64,000 nt of DNA from Acidimicrobiaceae bacterium (GTDB lineage: Bacteria; Actinomycetota; Acidimicrobiia; Acidimicrobiales; Ilumatobacteraceae): NCBI GenBank assembly GCA_003569125.1, contig BGOG01000003.1:49315-113314 (forward strand), in the 5' to 3' direction. Positions 54,994 to 64,000 of the stretch are shown here, one piece after another. Every line of letters begins with the position of its first letter. Positions within the stretch are counted from its first letter, which is position 1. The notes under the pieces were generated by a model. The model was not told the DNA's origin. It did no database searches and worked only from the letters and a program-made list of their open reading frames with translations. The position numbers and the translations under genes are program-made.

Positions 54994-55890
54994 TTGATGG
55001 AACGTAAAATTTCTGATACCAATCTGCAATTCGGAGTAACCGACTGGTTGCTGTCGCTTGGAATGGCGCTCACGTGGGGATCATCTTTCTTGCTCATTGA
55101 CATCATCATTCGATTCGCACCAGCTACTTTTGTTCCCTTTGGGCGCTCGTTTTTCGGTATGGTCGCATTGTTCTTCGTACCTGGCTCACGAAACAAAATT
55201 GCACCCGAACATCGGCGCAAAATATGGGTTCTTGGTTTGATTTGGATGGCGTTGCCGTTTTTCTTATTTCCGATTGCTGAGCGCACCGTCGCCAGCAGTA
55301 TCGCTGGAATGATGAACGGCGCACTACCAATCGTGGTCATCGTTGTAACTTCTTTTTGGATCAGAACCAAACCGTCTGGTCAACGCCTGATCGCCGTGCT
55401 TGTCGGGTTTCTCGGCATCGTGCTGATTGCCGTGCCATCAATCAATGATGGCTCGTCGGCCGATATCAAGGGTATTTTTTATCTTCTGGCTGCATTGATT
55501 TGCTATGCCGTCGCGCTGAACATGGCAAGACCGCTTCAGGCGATTTATTCGCCAGCAACTTTGATGCTGAGAGTTGTATCGATCTCAACCTTGCTATCTG
55601 CACCCCTCGGGCTGTTCGCACTGCGATCGACAACATTCACTGTGTCGTTGTTCGCGGCGACAGTTGTGTTGGGTGCACTGGGTTCGGGAATTGCATTTTT
55701 GCTGTTCGGCACACTTTTGAAACGTACCGGCACGGTTCGCGCAATGATTCCAACTTATTTTACGCCGATCGTTGGTACCTTTCTCGGCGTACTGTTTAAT
55801 GACGAAAAAGTACTGGCGCTTTCGCTAGTCGGAATGTTGATCGTCATTTTCGGGGCTTGGCTGACAAGCCGACCTGAAAAAACTACTTAG
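54994..55890 (+). CDS. EamA/DMT-family transporter
   Basis: 298 aa with about 10 predicted TM helices in two similar halves. Typical EamA-like composition. Confidence 0.7.
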   Translation: MMERKISDTNLQFGVTDWLLSLGMALTWGSSFLLIDIIIRFAPATFVPFGRSFFGMVALFFVPGSRNKIAPEHRRKIWVLGLIWMALPFFLFPIAERTVASSIAGMMNGALPIVVIVVTSFWIRTKPSGQRLIAVLVGFLGIVLIAVPSINDGSSADIKGIFYLLAALICYAVALNMARPLQAIYSPATLMLRVVSISTLLSAPLGLFALRSTTFTVSLFAATVVLGALGSGIAFLLFGTLLKRTGTVRAMIPTYFTPIVGTFLGVLFNDEKVLALSLVGMLIVIFGAWLTSRPEKTT

Positions 55891-57295
55891 CGATATATTT
55901 ACACTTCACAACAATCGGCGCATCGACCCAAATATCGGTTTTTTGGGAAATAATAATTATTTCATCAGATGACATCGTCTCACAATTTTCTCGTGCGATT
56001 TTTAACGCTGGGCGCCAAAGATCTCTTTCTTCATAACGCCCGTTGCCGACCAGCGGCAGCTTTACGTCAAGTGGATCTCGGAAGTTTTGTTTGGTGAGCA
56101 GCCCGAAAACTAGTAGCAAAAATATTACACAGATCGAAAAAACGCCATGTAAATTAAAAGTCGTTTTAAAAGAACGCGGTAGCAACAAAAAGACGGCCAG
56201 CCAATAGCAGCACACAGGAACAAAAAGCAATTGACGCGTCTGAACTACACCCCCGATCAAATAAATTTGCAACACTTCGACGGCTACAAAAATTATGCCC
56301 AGACGCAGCATGATTTTGGGTATCGGCGAATCCGGGCTCTTGCGCCGCAAAAGCAACACACTGACCAATGGCACGACAAAAAAAATAGCCGTCAAGACGA
56401 CAATGTGCGTCAAATTACTGAACGCATCTTCGGTCAAGATCCATTCGGAGGCAAACCGTTCAGGAGCCATCTGAGTCAAAAGATATTTCACCGACCCCGG
56501 TACGCCACGAACAATGTTGGAAATATCAAACGGCGGCACACCACGAACCCTGTTTCCGCCTGCTTCTTCAATCCATCCAAAGGTTTGCGATGTCTGCGCA
56601 AGTTCTTGAGTCCAATCGCCGAGATAGCGATACTGCGGCTCTTGACGCACTTGGACATACAACGAGAACAACAATCCGATAAAAAGACTTGAAGCGAAAA
56701 ATTGAATTTTTTTGCGAGAGACTTGATCACGCCAATAGTCAAAAATAATTAAAACCAATAACACAGCAGTCACCGGGTTAGATGCGGCAGTGAAAAAAGC
56801 AAGAATTGAAAGACCGATTGTCGATGATTTTGACGAACCGTAAGCACTGCAGCAAACCACGGCCGTCAGTGCGATAAACATCGGCCAAAACGAATTCCAT
56901 ACGACACCTTGCATCCCGAGCCCTGGAAGCGGCACAAGTATCAACAAAAGCCCTGCAAGTGTCGCAATCGAATATCTATTGGTTGCACGAAAGATGACCG
57001 AGAAAATTATCAATGAATAAATTGCCCACAGCAAAGTCGCCATTGAAAGTAAAATTATCGGCAAATACTCGAGAGGAAACTTAATTGCCAGAGAGATAAA
57101 AATACGTGGCAGAAGAATTCCATACGACCAATCGTTCAGGCTTAAAAAGAAATTTTGTGAGAGCGCACTTCCAACTGCTATTCGTTCTTCGTTATTCAGC
57201 ATCCGGTGTGCTCCCCATCCACGACCGACGAGCAGAACTAGGTACGCGACAAAATTTGACCAAAAAATAAAGCGAAACTTATTTTTTGATGACAA
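55883..57295 (-). CDS. Large polytopic membrane protein, unknown family (possibly a GT-C-type glycosyltransferase or polymerase)
   Basis: 470 aa with at least 10 hydrophobic segments, one central soluble loop and a C-terminal soluble domain. No motif I can name. The functional guess rests only on topology and neighbours. Confidence 0.4.
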   Translation of the reverse strand: MSSKNKFRFIFWSNFVAYLVLLVGRGWGAHRMLNNEERIAVGSALSQNFFLSLNDWSYGILLPRIFISLAIKFPLEYLPIILLSMATLLWAIYSLIIFSVIFRATNRYSIATLAGLLLILVPLPGLGMQGVVWNSFWPMFIALTAVVCCSAYGSSKSSTIGLSILAFFTAASNPVTAVLLVLIIFDYWRDQVSRKKIQFFASSLFIGLLFSLYVQVRQEPQYRYLGDWTQELAQTSQTFGWIEEAGGNRVRGVPPFDISNIVRGVPGSVKYLLTQMAPERFASEWILTEDAFSNLTHIVVLTAIFFVVPLVSVLLLRRKSPDSPIPKIMLRLGIIFVAVEVLQIYLIGGVVQTRQLLFVPVCCYWLAVFLLLPRSFKTTFNLHGVFSICVIFLLLVFGLLTKQNFRDPLDVKLPLVGNGRYEERDLWRPALKIARENCETMSSDEIIIISQKTDIWVDAPIVVKCKYIAK

Positions 57296-57365
57296 GTCTT
57301 GAATTAGATTATTTATTTTGATAATCCAATTCTAATCAACTGGTTTTCTGCGAAAAAGTAAGTCT

Positions 57366-58430
57366 TTATTTCAGCCACTCAAGAACACTGAAACTTCCCA
57401 GTCCGTCGCGATCGCATAAAGATTCAGACTCGCTGATTCGACTACGCATCAACAATGCTTGCAAATCTGGCTTTGCAGCACGCTCCTGCCAATAATTTCT
57501 ACCTTCATTTACCAAAGTATTCATGCCACGCTCGACGAGCCAATCTGCTTGTCGAGAAATGCTGGTTGGCTCAGTGACCATCGATAGTTGGTCAATCATC
57601 ACGTGACTCGTAATGTCTTGCTCGCCGGGTTGAGTTAGATAGTGGCGGCCAAGTTCATGCTGACGATATGTTCTGAGCCAATCACGCCATGGTTTAGTAG
57701 AAGCAATTTCAGATGTCATGCAATAATCGAAAATAATCAGCGAACCGTGTTCTAGTAGTTGCAACCCTGAAGCCAGCCATTTTTGTGCCTGTTGTTGCAA
57801 TGGCAGGCGTGTGCCATGTGGCGGATTTTGCGGCAACCATGCCGGAAGATCATCAACTGCTTGCAAGACTTCCAAAAACTTGCCGTCACGCTCGACGACA
57901 AATGCTTCTTGCCATTGGTTATCGAATACGAACAATCTGAACGGCAGGTTGTCGAGCAATTCGTTGGCAATAATCATGCCCACAAACGGTTCGCTCGGCA
58001 TTTGATCTTGAGAGATCACATCTGTTGGATGCAAACTGCGCTGCGCCAAACTGGTTTCAACGGCAACATAAGAAACAGCCGCGCGACATTTGAGGTCTGC
58101 TTTGAGCACGCTTCGAGCAAGCGTGCCTGGGCCAGCGCCGACTTCGACAATCGTAAATTTTTCTGGGCGGCCCAATTCGTGCCACCTTGAGTCGATGGCT
58201 TGGGCGATAACTGCCCCGAATAATGGTCCGACTTCTGGGCTGGTTATGAAATCGCCTCGCCGACCTGCTTGCCCGACTGTGTTGTAAAAGCCGTTTTCTG
58301 AGTAGAGCGACAGCTCCATGAATTTTTCAAACGAAATTGTGTTATTTACCGCTGCCGTTATAGCAGCAGAAATTTGTTTAGCGGCTGATGGCACCGGCGA
58401 TTTCGGCGAGGTCAGCGAAATGCAAACCAA
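57366..58430 (-). CDS. MidA/NDUFAF7-like SAM-dependent methyltransferase (DUF185)
   Basis: ISFEKFMELSLYSENGFYN...GDFITSPEVGPLFGAVIAQAI...TIVEVGAGPGTLARSVL matches the MidA/NDUFAF7 N-terminal pattern. The start is uncertain (TTG 58430 or GTG 58394). Either way it overlaps the nuoN 3' end. Confidence 0.75.
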   Translation of the reverse strand: MVCISLTSPKSPVPSAAKQISAAITAAVNNTISFEKFMELSLYSENGFYNTVGQAGRRGDFITSPEVGPLFGAVIAQAIDSRWHELGRPEKFTIVEVGAGPGTLARSVLKADLKCRAAVSYVAVETSLAQRSLHPTDVISQDQMPSEPFVGMIIANELLDNLPFRLFVFDNQWQEAFVVERDGKFLEVLQAVDDLPAWLPQNPPHGTRLPLQQQAQKWLASGLQLLEHGSLIIFDYCMTSEIASTKPWRDWLRTYRQHELGRHYLTQPGEQDITSHVMIDQLSMVTEPTSISRQADWLVERGMNTLVNEGRNYWQERAAKPDLQALLMRSRISESESLCDRDGLGSFSVLEWLK

Positions 58431-59913
58431 CCGCAGGTAGTACTCCGAAAATCAAAGTTGCAGTACTTGTGATTGCCAATGCGATGGCTAACGAACCTGG
58501 CGTCTTAATTGGTGTCGTGTCGCCATCTGGAACTGGTCGCATCCAAATTTCGCGCATCACGTTGCCGTAATAACCAAAAGCGATCACCGAGTTGACTGCG
58601 CCGACAAGTGCCAAGGTGTAACCCCACGAAGACTGTGACTGCAAAAGCGACTGAAATGCCACAAATTTTGCGATCCACCCACCAAGAGGTGGGATACCCG
58701 CGAGTGAAGCCATGAATAAAGTCATCAAAACCCCGAGCGTAGGGGCGTACGAAAATAATCCTCCAAAACTTGAGATCTCACCGCTTCGTGTTTTGCGCGA
58801 CACAGACAAAATCACGGCGAAAACGCCGAGGTTTGTCGCAGCGTAGATGATCATGTAAAGCACGACTGACCGCAACGCGGAATCACCCGAGTTTGGCATT
58901 CCGGCAACAGCCAGTGGCATCAACACGAAGCCGCCTTGGCTAATCGACGAGTAAGCGATCATTCGAACGATGTTGTGTTGCTTTAGCGCAAGCACATTGC
59001 CGACAGTCATTGTGAGTGCAGATAGCACCCAGATAAATGGTTGCCAGACATCTTGTGCCATCGGAAACGCCGTGTAGATCAAAACGACTAACGCCACGAA
59101 ACCAGCGGCTTTTGATGCAACTGACAAAAACGCCGTAACTGGTGTTGGCGCACCTTCGTATGTGTCAGGCGCCCAAGTGTGAAATGGAACTGCTGAAACT
59201 TTGAATGCAAAACCGACTACAACGAAAACTACTGCCAACGCGTGAACGGCTGAAAATTCTCCGTCAACTGTGATTTTTGAGCCGATGTCAACCAACAGAG
59301 TTGAATTAGTTGTGCCGTAAAGCAGTGACATGCCATAGAGCATCACAGCGGATGCGAAAACACCGAGCATGAAATACTTGACACCAGCCTCATTGCTTTT
59401 CTCATCTCGCTTGCGCCATGCGGCCAGCATGTACGCAGGTATTGAAAGAAACTCAAGTGCGACGAAAATACTCACCAGATCGCGAGATGAAGTCATCATT
59501 AACATTCCGAGCAAACTTGTAAGAAGCAAGAACCAGTATTCTCCGCGCCAATACTCTCCTTGCTCAACATGCGAACTTGACAACAGAACTACTACGTATC
59601 CAGAGAGCAGAAATACGCCCTTCATCACGAGACTGAAGTTGTCGACGACATATCTTCCGTCAAACATTGAACGAACTTGGACGTCCGACAAAGCAAGCGT
59701 AAGAACTGGAAGCATCGCCGCGAGCAACGTAAAAGACGAGATGACAGACAACAGCCATTTTTTACGATCGTCAATGAACAGATCCAAAATCAACACGAGG
59801 CAAAGCCCGCCAGCGAGGACCAACTCGGGTGCGAGACCGTGATAGTCAACAGTCGGCGCAACCCACTGCGCAGCAAGGACGTTCAGATTTTGCAACTCAG
59901 CCCCCGAAAGCAC
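58378..59913 (-). CDS. nuoN: NADH-quinone oxidoreductase subunit N
   Basis: 511 aa antiporter-like subunit following nuoM. FKVSAVPFHTWAPDTYEGAPTPVTAFL. Confidence 0.9.
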   Translation of the reverse strand: MLSGAELQNLNVLAAQWVAPTVDYHGLAPELVLAGGLCLVLILDLFIDDRKKWLLSVISSFTLLAAMLPVLTLALSDVQVRSMFDGRYVVDNFSLVMKGVFLLSGYVVVLLSSSHVEQGEYWRGEYWFLLLTSLLGMLMMTSSRDLVSIFVALEFLSIPAYMLAAWRKRDEKSNEAGVKYFMLGVFASAVMLYGMSLLYGTTNSTLLVDIGSKITVDGEFSAVHALAVVFVVVGFAFKVSAVPFHTWAPDTYEGAPTPVTAFLSVASKAAGFVALVVLIYTAFPMAQDVWQPFIWVLSALTMTVGNVLALKQHNIVRMIAYSSISQGGFVLMPLAVAGMPNSGDSALRSVVLYMIIYAATNLGVFAVILSVSRKTRSGEISSFGGLFSYAPTLGVLMTLFMASLAGIPPLGGWIAKFVAFQSLLQSQSSWGYTLALVGAVNSVIAFGYYGNVMREIWMRPVPDGDTTPIKTPGSLAIALAITSTATLIFGVLPAVGLHFADLAEIAGAISR

Positions 59914-61437
59914 TCAGGGTTACTTGCACCGCTGGGTCGAGCACTTTGAACAACAGATTTGGCACGATACCCAACACGAGAATCGCAATTAATAGTGGTG
60001 TCCACGCAACCCACTCGTAAATGGTCACGTCATGAAGTTCGTCGTGACTTGCGTGAGCGTCGTGCGCAGAATTTTTCGGCGTGCCGAATGCGATGCGCTG
60101 ATATAGCCACAACAAATATGCCGCAGCCAGAACGGTTCCGAGTGCTGCGATCACCATGAACACTCGAAACACTGTTTCGTTCAATCCAGCGGCTGGGCTA
60201 TAAGCCGAAAGAATTGCGGGGAACTCGCCCCAGAAGCCGGCCAAACCGGGCAGGCCGAGTGATGCCATCGCACAAAACCCGAATATCCAGCCGAGATGCG
60301 GCATCTGCGTCAGCATTCCGCCAAGTTTTGAAATTTCAAGTGTGTGATAGCGCTCTTTGACGCTGCCAGCGACGAAGAACAACATTCCGGTTATCAACCC
60401 GTGAGCGACCATGCCGAACATTGCCGCGTTGACACCGAAACTTGTCAAAGTTGAAATACCGAGCATCACGAAGCCCATGTGAGCAACGGATGAAAATGCG
60501 ATCAATCGCTTCATGTCTGTTTGCGCGAGACAGCCGAGTGCACCATAGATGATTCCGATGACGGCCAGCCACCGATATATGGCGCCCACTCGCGTGCTGC
60601 GATCGGCAAAATCGGTAACGCGATTCGTACAAAACCGTATGTGCCCAATTTGAGCAAAATCGCCGCAAGGATAACCGAACCCTGCGTCGGTGCTTGAGTG
60701 TGTGCGTCAGGCAACCAAGTGTGAAACGGAAACATCGGTACTTTGACTGCAAAGCCGACGAACATTCCGGCAAAAATCCAGATCTGAATATTTTTACCGA
60801 TGCTGCCGCCGTTTTCAATTAGATACGGAATGCTGAAACTCTCTGCACCTGTTTTGAAAAACAACGCCAAGAACGCAACGAGCATCAGCGCCGAACCGAA
60901 CATTGTGTAGAGGAAGAACTTGATTGATGCATACTGGCGTTGTTCGCCACCCCACACACCGATCATGAAAAACATCGGAAGTAGCACCAGTTCGAAAAAT
61001 ACAAAGAACAAAATCAAATCTTGGGCGATGAATGTTCCGGCCATACCAGTTTGCAAGACGAGCAATAACGCGAAGAACGCCTTTGGCTTGCCGGGGCTCG
61101 GCACATGGTCGAGTGAATAAATCACGACCAGCAAAGTGATGACCATGCTCAATAAATAAAGCGGAAGACTGATGCCGTCAACGCCAATAAAGTACGAACT
61201 CTTGATTACTGAAATCCATTTCTCATCGGCGACGAATTGCATTTTGTCCGCCTGACTGAGATCAAATTTAAAAGCCGTATAGATACCCACTGCAAGCGTC
61301 GCGATCGACGTGACAAGTGCGACGAGTTTGACGGATTGGTCTTGGGCTTTTGGCATGAGCATCATCAATACGACGCCGACCATTGGCAGGAATGTGCCGA
61401 CACTCAGCAACCAGTTGTTCTCCTGCAACATGTTCAT
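59897..61437 (-). CDS. nuoM: NADH-quinone oxidoreductase subunit M (reading frame broken once)
   Basis: ORFs 60511-61437 (FAVKVPMFPFHTWLPDAHTQAPT) and 59897-60589 (LAQTDMKRLIAFSSVAHMGFV). The frame change lies near 60572-60585. Confidence 0.9.
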
Positions 61438-61463
61438 ATCTTTATTCTCCCTTTTTCAACTAA

Positions 61464-63665
61464 TTACGTATTGATAATGACCAGGACGAGTGCGGCGATT
61501 GCGGCTGCGCTGAACAATAAAGCCCCATATTGACTAACTTTGCCCGATTGAGTTGGTTGAGTCGCCGTGCCGATTGATTTTGTAAGAGTCGCCGAGTTGT
61601 TTACAGTGCCATCAACAATCCGTTGATCGATATTTTGGTAAACCCAACCCGAGAGTTTTCTGGTTGAGTTTGCGAAGCCATGCAAAATTCCGTCCAAAAT
61701 ATTTTGATTGAACCAATATGCGGCGTTTGCAATCGGATAAGCAATGCTGCGGACAATCACCTTCTCGTAGAGGACATCCAAATAGTACTTGTTGACCAAA
61801 AACTTATGACCAAGACCCAAAATCTTGACTCGTTGAGTGAGTCCTACGAGTCGAGGGTCACGTTTTGTAAACAATCTGGTGCTGATCAACCACGAAATTG
61901 CGATACCCATGAAAACAATCAACAACGAGAGCGATGCCTTAGACCACGTAAACGGTGCATGATGCAGTTCGGGCGCGAACTCGCTGTGACGGGGCTCGAC
62001 CCAAAGTTTCATTCGTTCCCAACTCTCGCCAAAGGGCGTGGCGTTGAGAAATCCAGAGCCGAGTGCAAGAACCGACAAAATCATCAACGGAACCGTGATT
62101 AACAAACCCGACTCATGTGGCCCGTGCGCTTCGTGCGAGTCATGATCTGCGTGGGCATCGTGAGCTGCATGTGCGTCATGATCTGCGTGCGAATCGTGCA
62201 AATTTTCGCCGGCTGATGCACCGCGCGGCTCGCCAAAGAAAGTCAAGTAAGTTGCGCGCGTCATATACGCAGCCGTCATAAACGCACCAACTAGTCCGAT
62301 GATCATGAAGTTGGTGTAGCCGTTATGGCCAACATTGTCGATTATCTCGTCTTTCGAAAAGAAACCAGAAAACGGAAACACCCCGCACAATGCGAGAGTT
62401 GAGATGATCCAAGTGACAAATGTGATCGGCATAACTTTGCGTAAGCCACCCATGTCGCGTTTCATGTCGAATGAATGATGCGATGCGCTGTGGCTGATTG
62501 AGCCCGCGCCCAAAAATAAACACGCTTTGAAAAAGGCGTGCGTAAAAATATGAAACACCGCGGGCATCCAGGCTCCGGCGCCGAGACCGAGCATCATGTA
62601 GCCGAGTTGCGAAACCGTCGAATACGCGAGAACACGCTTGATGTCGTTTTGCACGAACGCAAGCGCCGCCGAAATCACAATCGTGATCGCACCGATGATC
62701 ATGATCAGATTGCCGCCACTGCCAAGAATGTCTAATCCGACGAAAAATACCGGATACAAACGAGCGACTAAATAAACTCCGGCTACGACCATCGTCGACG
62801 AATGCAACAGCGAACTAACCGGAGTTGGGCCAGCCATTGCGTCAGGCAACCAGGTGTGCAACGGAAACTGACCACTCTTGCCGATGCATGCGATGAATAA
62901 CGCAACAGCGGCAATCGTGATCACAGTGCTATTGGGTTCGCCCGAAAGCGCCCAAGCGGAAATTCCGCGAATCGAGAAACCAGAAACACCGAGATGCTCT
63001 TGCGTCCAATCGTTGGCCGAGAAGTAAAGCATCGCTATACCGACTAGCAAACCGGCGTCGCCCGTGCGAACCGTGAAGAAAGCCTTCAAGGCTGCCCGTG
63101 AGTTTGCGTCGTCTTCCCACCAGTGACCGATCAACATGAAACTACACAAGCCCATGATTTCCCAACCGAGCAGGAACAACATCATGTTGTCGGCCAAAAC
63201 CATCGCCAACATTCCGCCAGAAAATAATGTCAGCGCCGCAAAGAAATGCGTGTATCGACGATCACCGCGAAGATATTCGAGTGAATAAATCTGGACGAGA
63301 GTCGAGATGAAGGCAACGACTATCAGCACGAGTACCGAAAGTCCGTCGATGTGTTGGCCGATACCGAAATTGAAGCCACCACTTTGCCACCACGACCACG
63401 ACTTAATAACTGGTTCGACGAACTGCTCTTCTGATGCACTATTCGTGCGTTGAATCCATTGATACCCGGCACCAGCGGCCAACACGAGAGATGAAAGCAT
63501 CGACAGCACACCGAGTTCGCTGCCCTTCATCGGTAGGCGCTTGCCAATCAAGATGATCAATGCAAACGCAATTGCCGGCACAACCGGTATCAGCCATGCG
63601 TGTTCGAGAAACCAACCAGAGGCAAGTGGCGCGAGAACTTCAGACTCGGAGGCAAACAAGTTCAT
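61464..63665 (-). CDS. nuoL: NADH-quinone oxidoreductase subunit L, with His/Asp-rich insertion
   Basis: 733 aa. GKSGQFPLHTWLPDAMAGPTPVSSLLHSSTMV. Contains the insertion NLHDSHADHDAHAAHDAHADHDSHEAHGPHESG. Confidence 0.9.
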   Translation of the reverse strand: MNLFASESEVLAPLASGWFLEHAWLIPVVPAIAFALIILIGKRLPMKGSELGVLSMLSSLVLAAGAGYQWIQRTNSASEEQFVEPVIKSWSWWQSGGFNFGIGQHIDGLSVLVLIVVAFISTLVQIYSLEYLRGDRRYTHFFAALTLFSGGMLAMVLADNMMLFLLGWEIMGLCSFMLIGHWWEDDANSRAALKAFFTVRTGDAGLLVGIAMLYFSANDWTQEHLGVSGFSIRGISAWALSGEPNSTVITIAAVALFIACIGKSGQFPLHTWLPDAMAGPTPVSSLLHSSTMVVAGVYLVARLYPVFFVGLDILGSGGNLIMIIGAITIVISAALAFVQNDIKRVLAYSTVSQLGYMMLGLGAGAWMPAVFHIFTHAFFKACLFLGAGSISHSASHHSFDMKRDMGGLRKVMPITFVTWIISTLALCGVFPFSGFFSKDEIIDNVGHNGYTNFMIIGLVGAFMTAAYMTRATYLTFFGEPRGASAGENLHDSHADHDAHAAHDAHADHDSHEAHGPHESGLLITVPLMILSVLALGSGFLNATPFGESWERMKLWVEPRHSEFAPELHHAPFTWSKASLSLLIVFMGIAISWLISTRLFTKRDPRLVGLTQRVKILGLGHKFLVNKYYLDVLYEKVIVRSIAYPIANAAYWFNQNILDGILHGFANSTRKLSGWVYQNIDQRIVDGTVNNSATLTKSIGTATQPTQSGKVSQYGALLFSAAAIAALVLVIINT

Positions 63666-63961
63666 CCGCGCATCTCCGAAAGGTCGTCGAGAGAAATTGT
63701 TTTCTTGTTGCGGTAGACGAGTAGAACTAAACCGAGACCGACCCCGACTTCGGCTGCAGCCACCGCAATTATGTACAAAGCAAAAACATGACCATCGGTT
63801 GACCCACTACGCAAAGCGAAAGTCAGCAAGTTGATGTTCACCGAATTTAAAATCAATTCGATTGACATCAGCATCAGGACTGCATTTTTACGCGCAACCA
63901 CGCCGTATACACCGATGCAGAACAACACTGCAGCCAAAAATAAGAACTGATTTACAAACAT
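63662..63961 (-). CDS. nuoK: NADH-quinone oxidoreductase subunit K
   Basis: Start set to ATG 63959-63961 (MFVNQFLFLAAVLFCIGVYGVVARKNAVLMLMSIELILNS...). About 99 aa with three TM helices. Confidence 0.9.
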   Translation of the reverse strand: MFVNQFLFLAAVLFCIGVYGVVARKNAVLMLMSIELILNSVNINLLTFALRSGSTDGHVFALYIIAVAAAEVGVGLGLVLLVYRNKKTISLDDLSEMRG

Positions 63962-63965
63962 TTTG

Positions 63966-64000
63966 TCAGTCCTTTCTTGCCAAGACGATCGCACCGACAA
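63966..64000 (-). CDS. nuoJ: 3' end of NADH-quinone oxidoreductase subunit J (only ~10 codons in window)
   Basis: The frame reads ...VGAIVLARKD*, with a stop at 63966-63968 just upstream of nuoK. The call rests mainly on operon order. Confidence 0.4.
   Translation of the reverse strand, partial: VGAIVLARKD

Noticed and set aside
62139-62189. Short tandem DNA repeat that might be mistaken for a mini-array or VNTR.
   Set aside because: It lies in frame inside nuoL and encodes a His/Asp-rich loop. It has only two units, no spacers and no cas genes. It is not a CRISPR.

Overview
The window is almost entirely minus-strand coding. Gene order and protein sequences suggest a moderately AT-rich Actinomycetota-type chromosome; this is inference, nothing was searched.

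Layout, left to right:
(i) 1-9.3 kb: spc/S10 ribosomal-protein cluster, rplO to rplC.
(ii) 9.6-12.1 kb: an HtrA-type protease and a Zn-ribbon methyltransferase that separate rplC from rpsJ.
(iii) 12.1-29.3 kb: rpsJ-tuf-fusA-rpsG-rpsL, a small methyltransferase, rpoC-rpoB, rplL-rplJ, rplA-rplK, nusG-secE, tRNA-Trp.
(iv) 29.3-48.0 kb: an 18.6-kb co-directional, translationally coupled glycan / nucleotide-sugar operon. It encodes an ABC exporter, LhgO, GmhA, three SDRs, a HAD-kinase, a split transketolase, a 2OG oxygenase, a small unknown protein, a methyltransferase, a WbuC-like cupin fusion, a reversed HldE-like enzyme, a nucleotidyltransferase and three paralogous putative glycosyltransferases. 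It sits between tRNA-Trp and tRNA-Met/Thr. This is my best candidate for an undescribed system.
(v) 48.0-57.3 kb: tRNA-Met, tRNA-Thr, a GNAT, two tandem GT2 paralogues, tRNA-Tyr, yajQ, acs, GT2, SDR, EamA transporter and a large polytopic membrane protein.
(vi) 57.4-64 kb: a MidA/NDUFAF7-like methyltransferase directly downstream of nuoN-nuoM-nuoL-nuoK(-nuoJ).

Main caveat: I count about 21 single-base frame breaks, many in essential genes (fusA, rpoC x2, rplJ, rplA, rplK, nusG x2, secE, nuoM). Most (about 16 of 21) lie in or next to 2- to 8-nt mononucleotide runs. I read them as consensus or sequencing indels and have annotated the joined genes.

No rRNA, CRISPR, transposase, integrase or recognisable defence genes were seen. 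All family names come from reading motifs and from memory; no searches were run.
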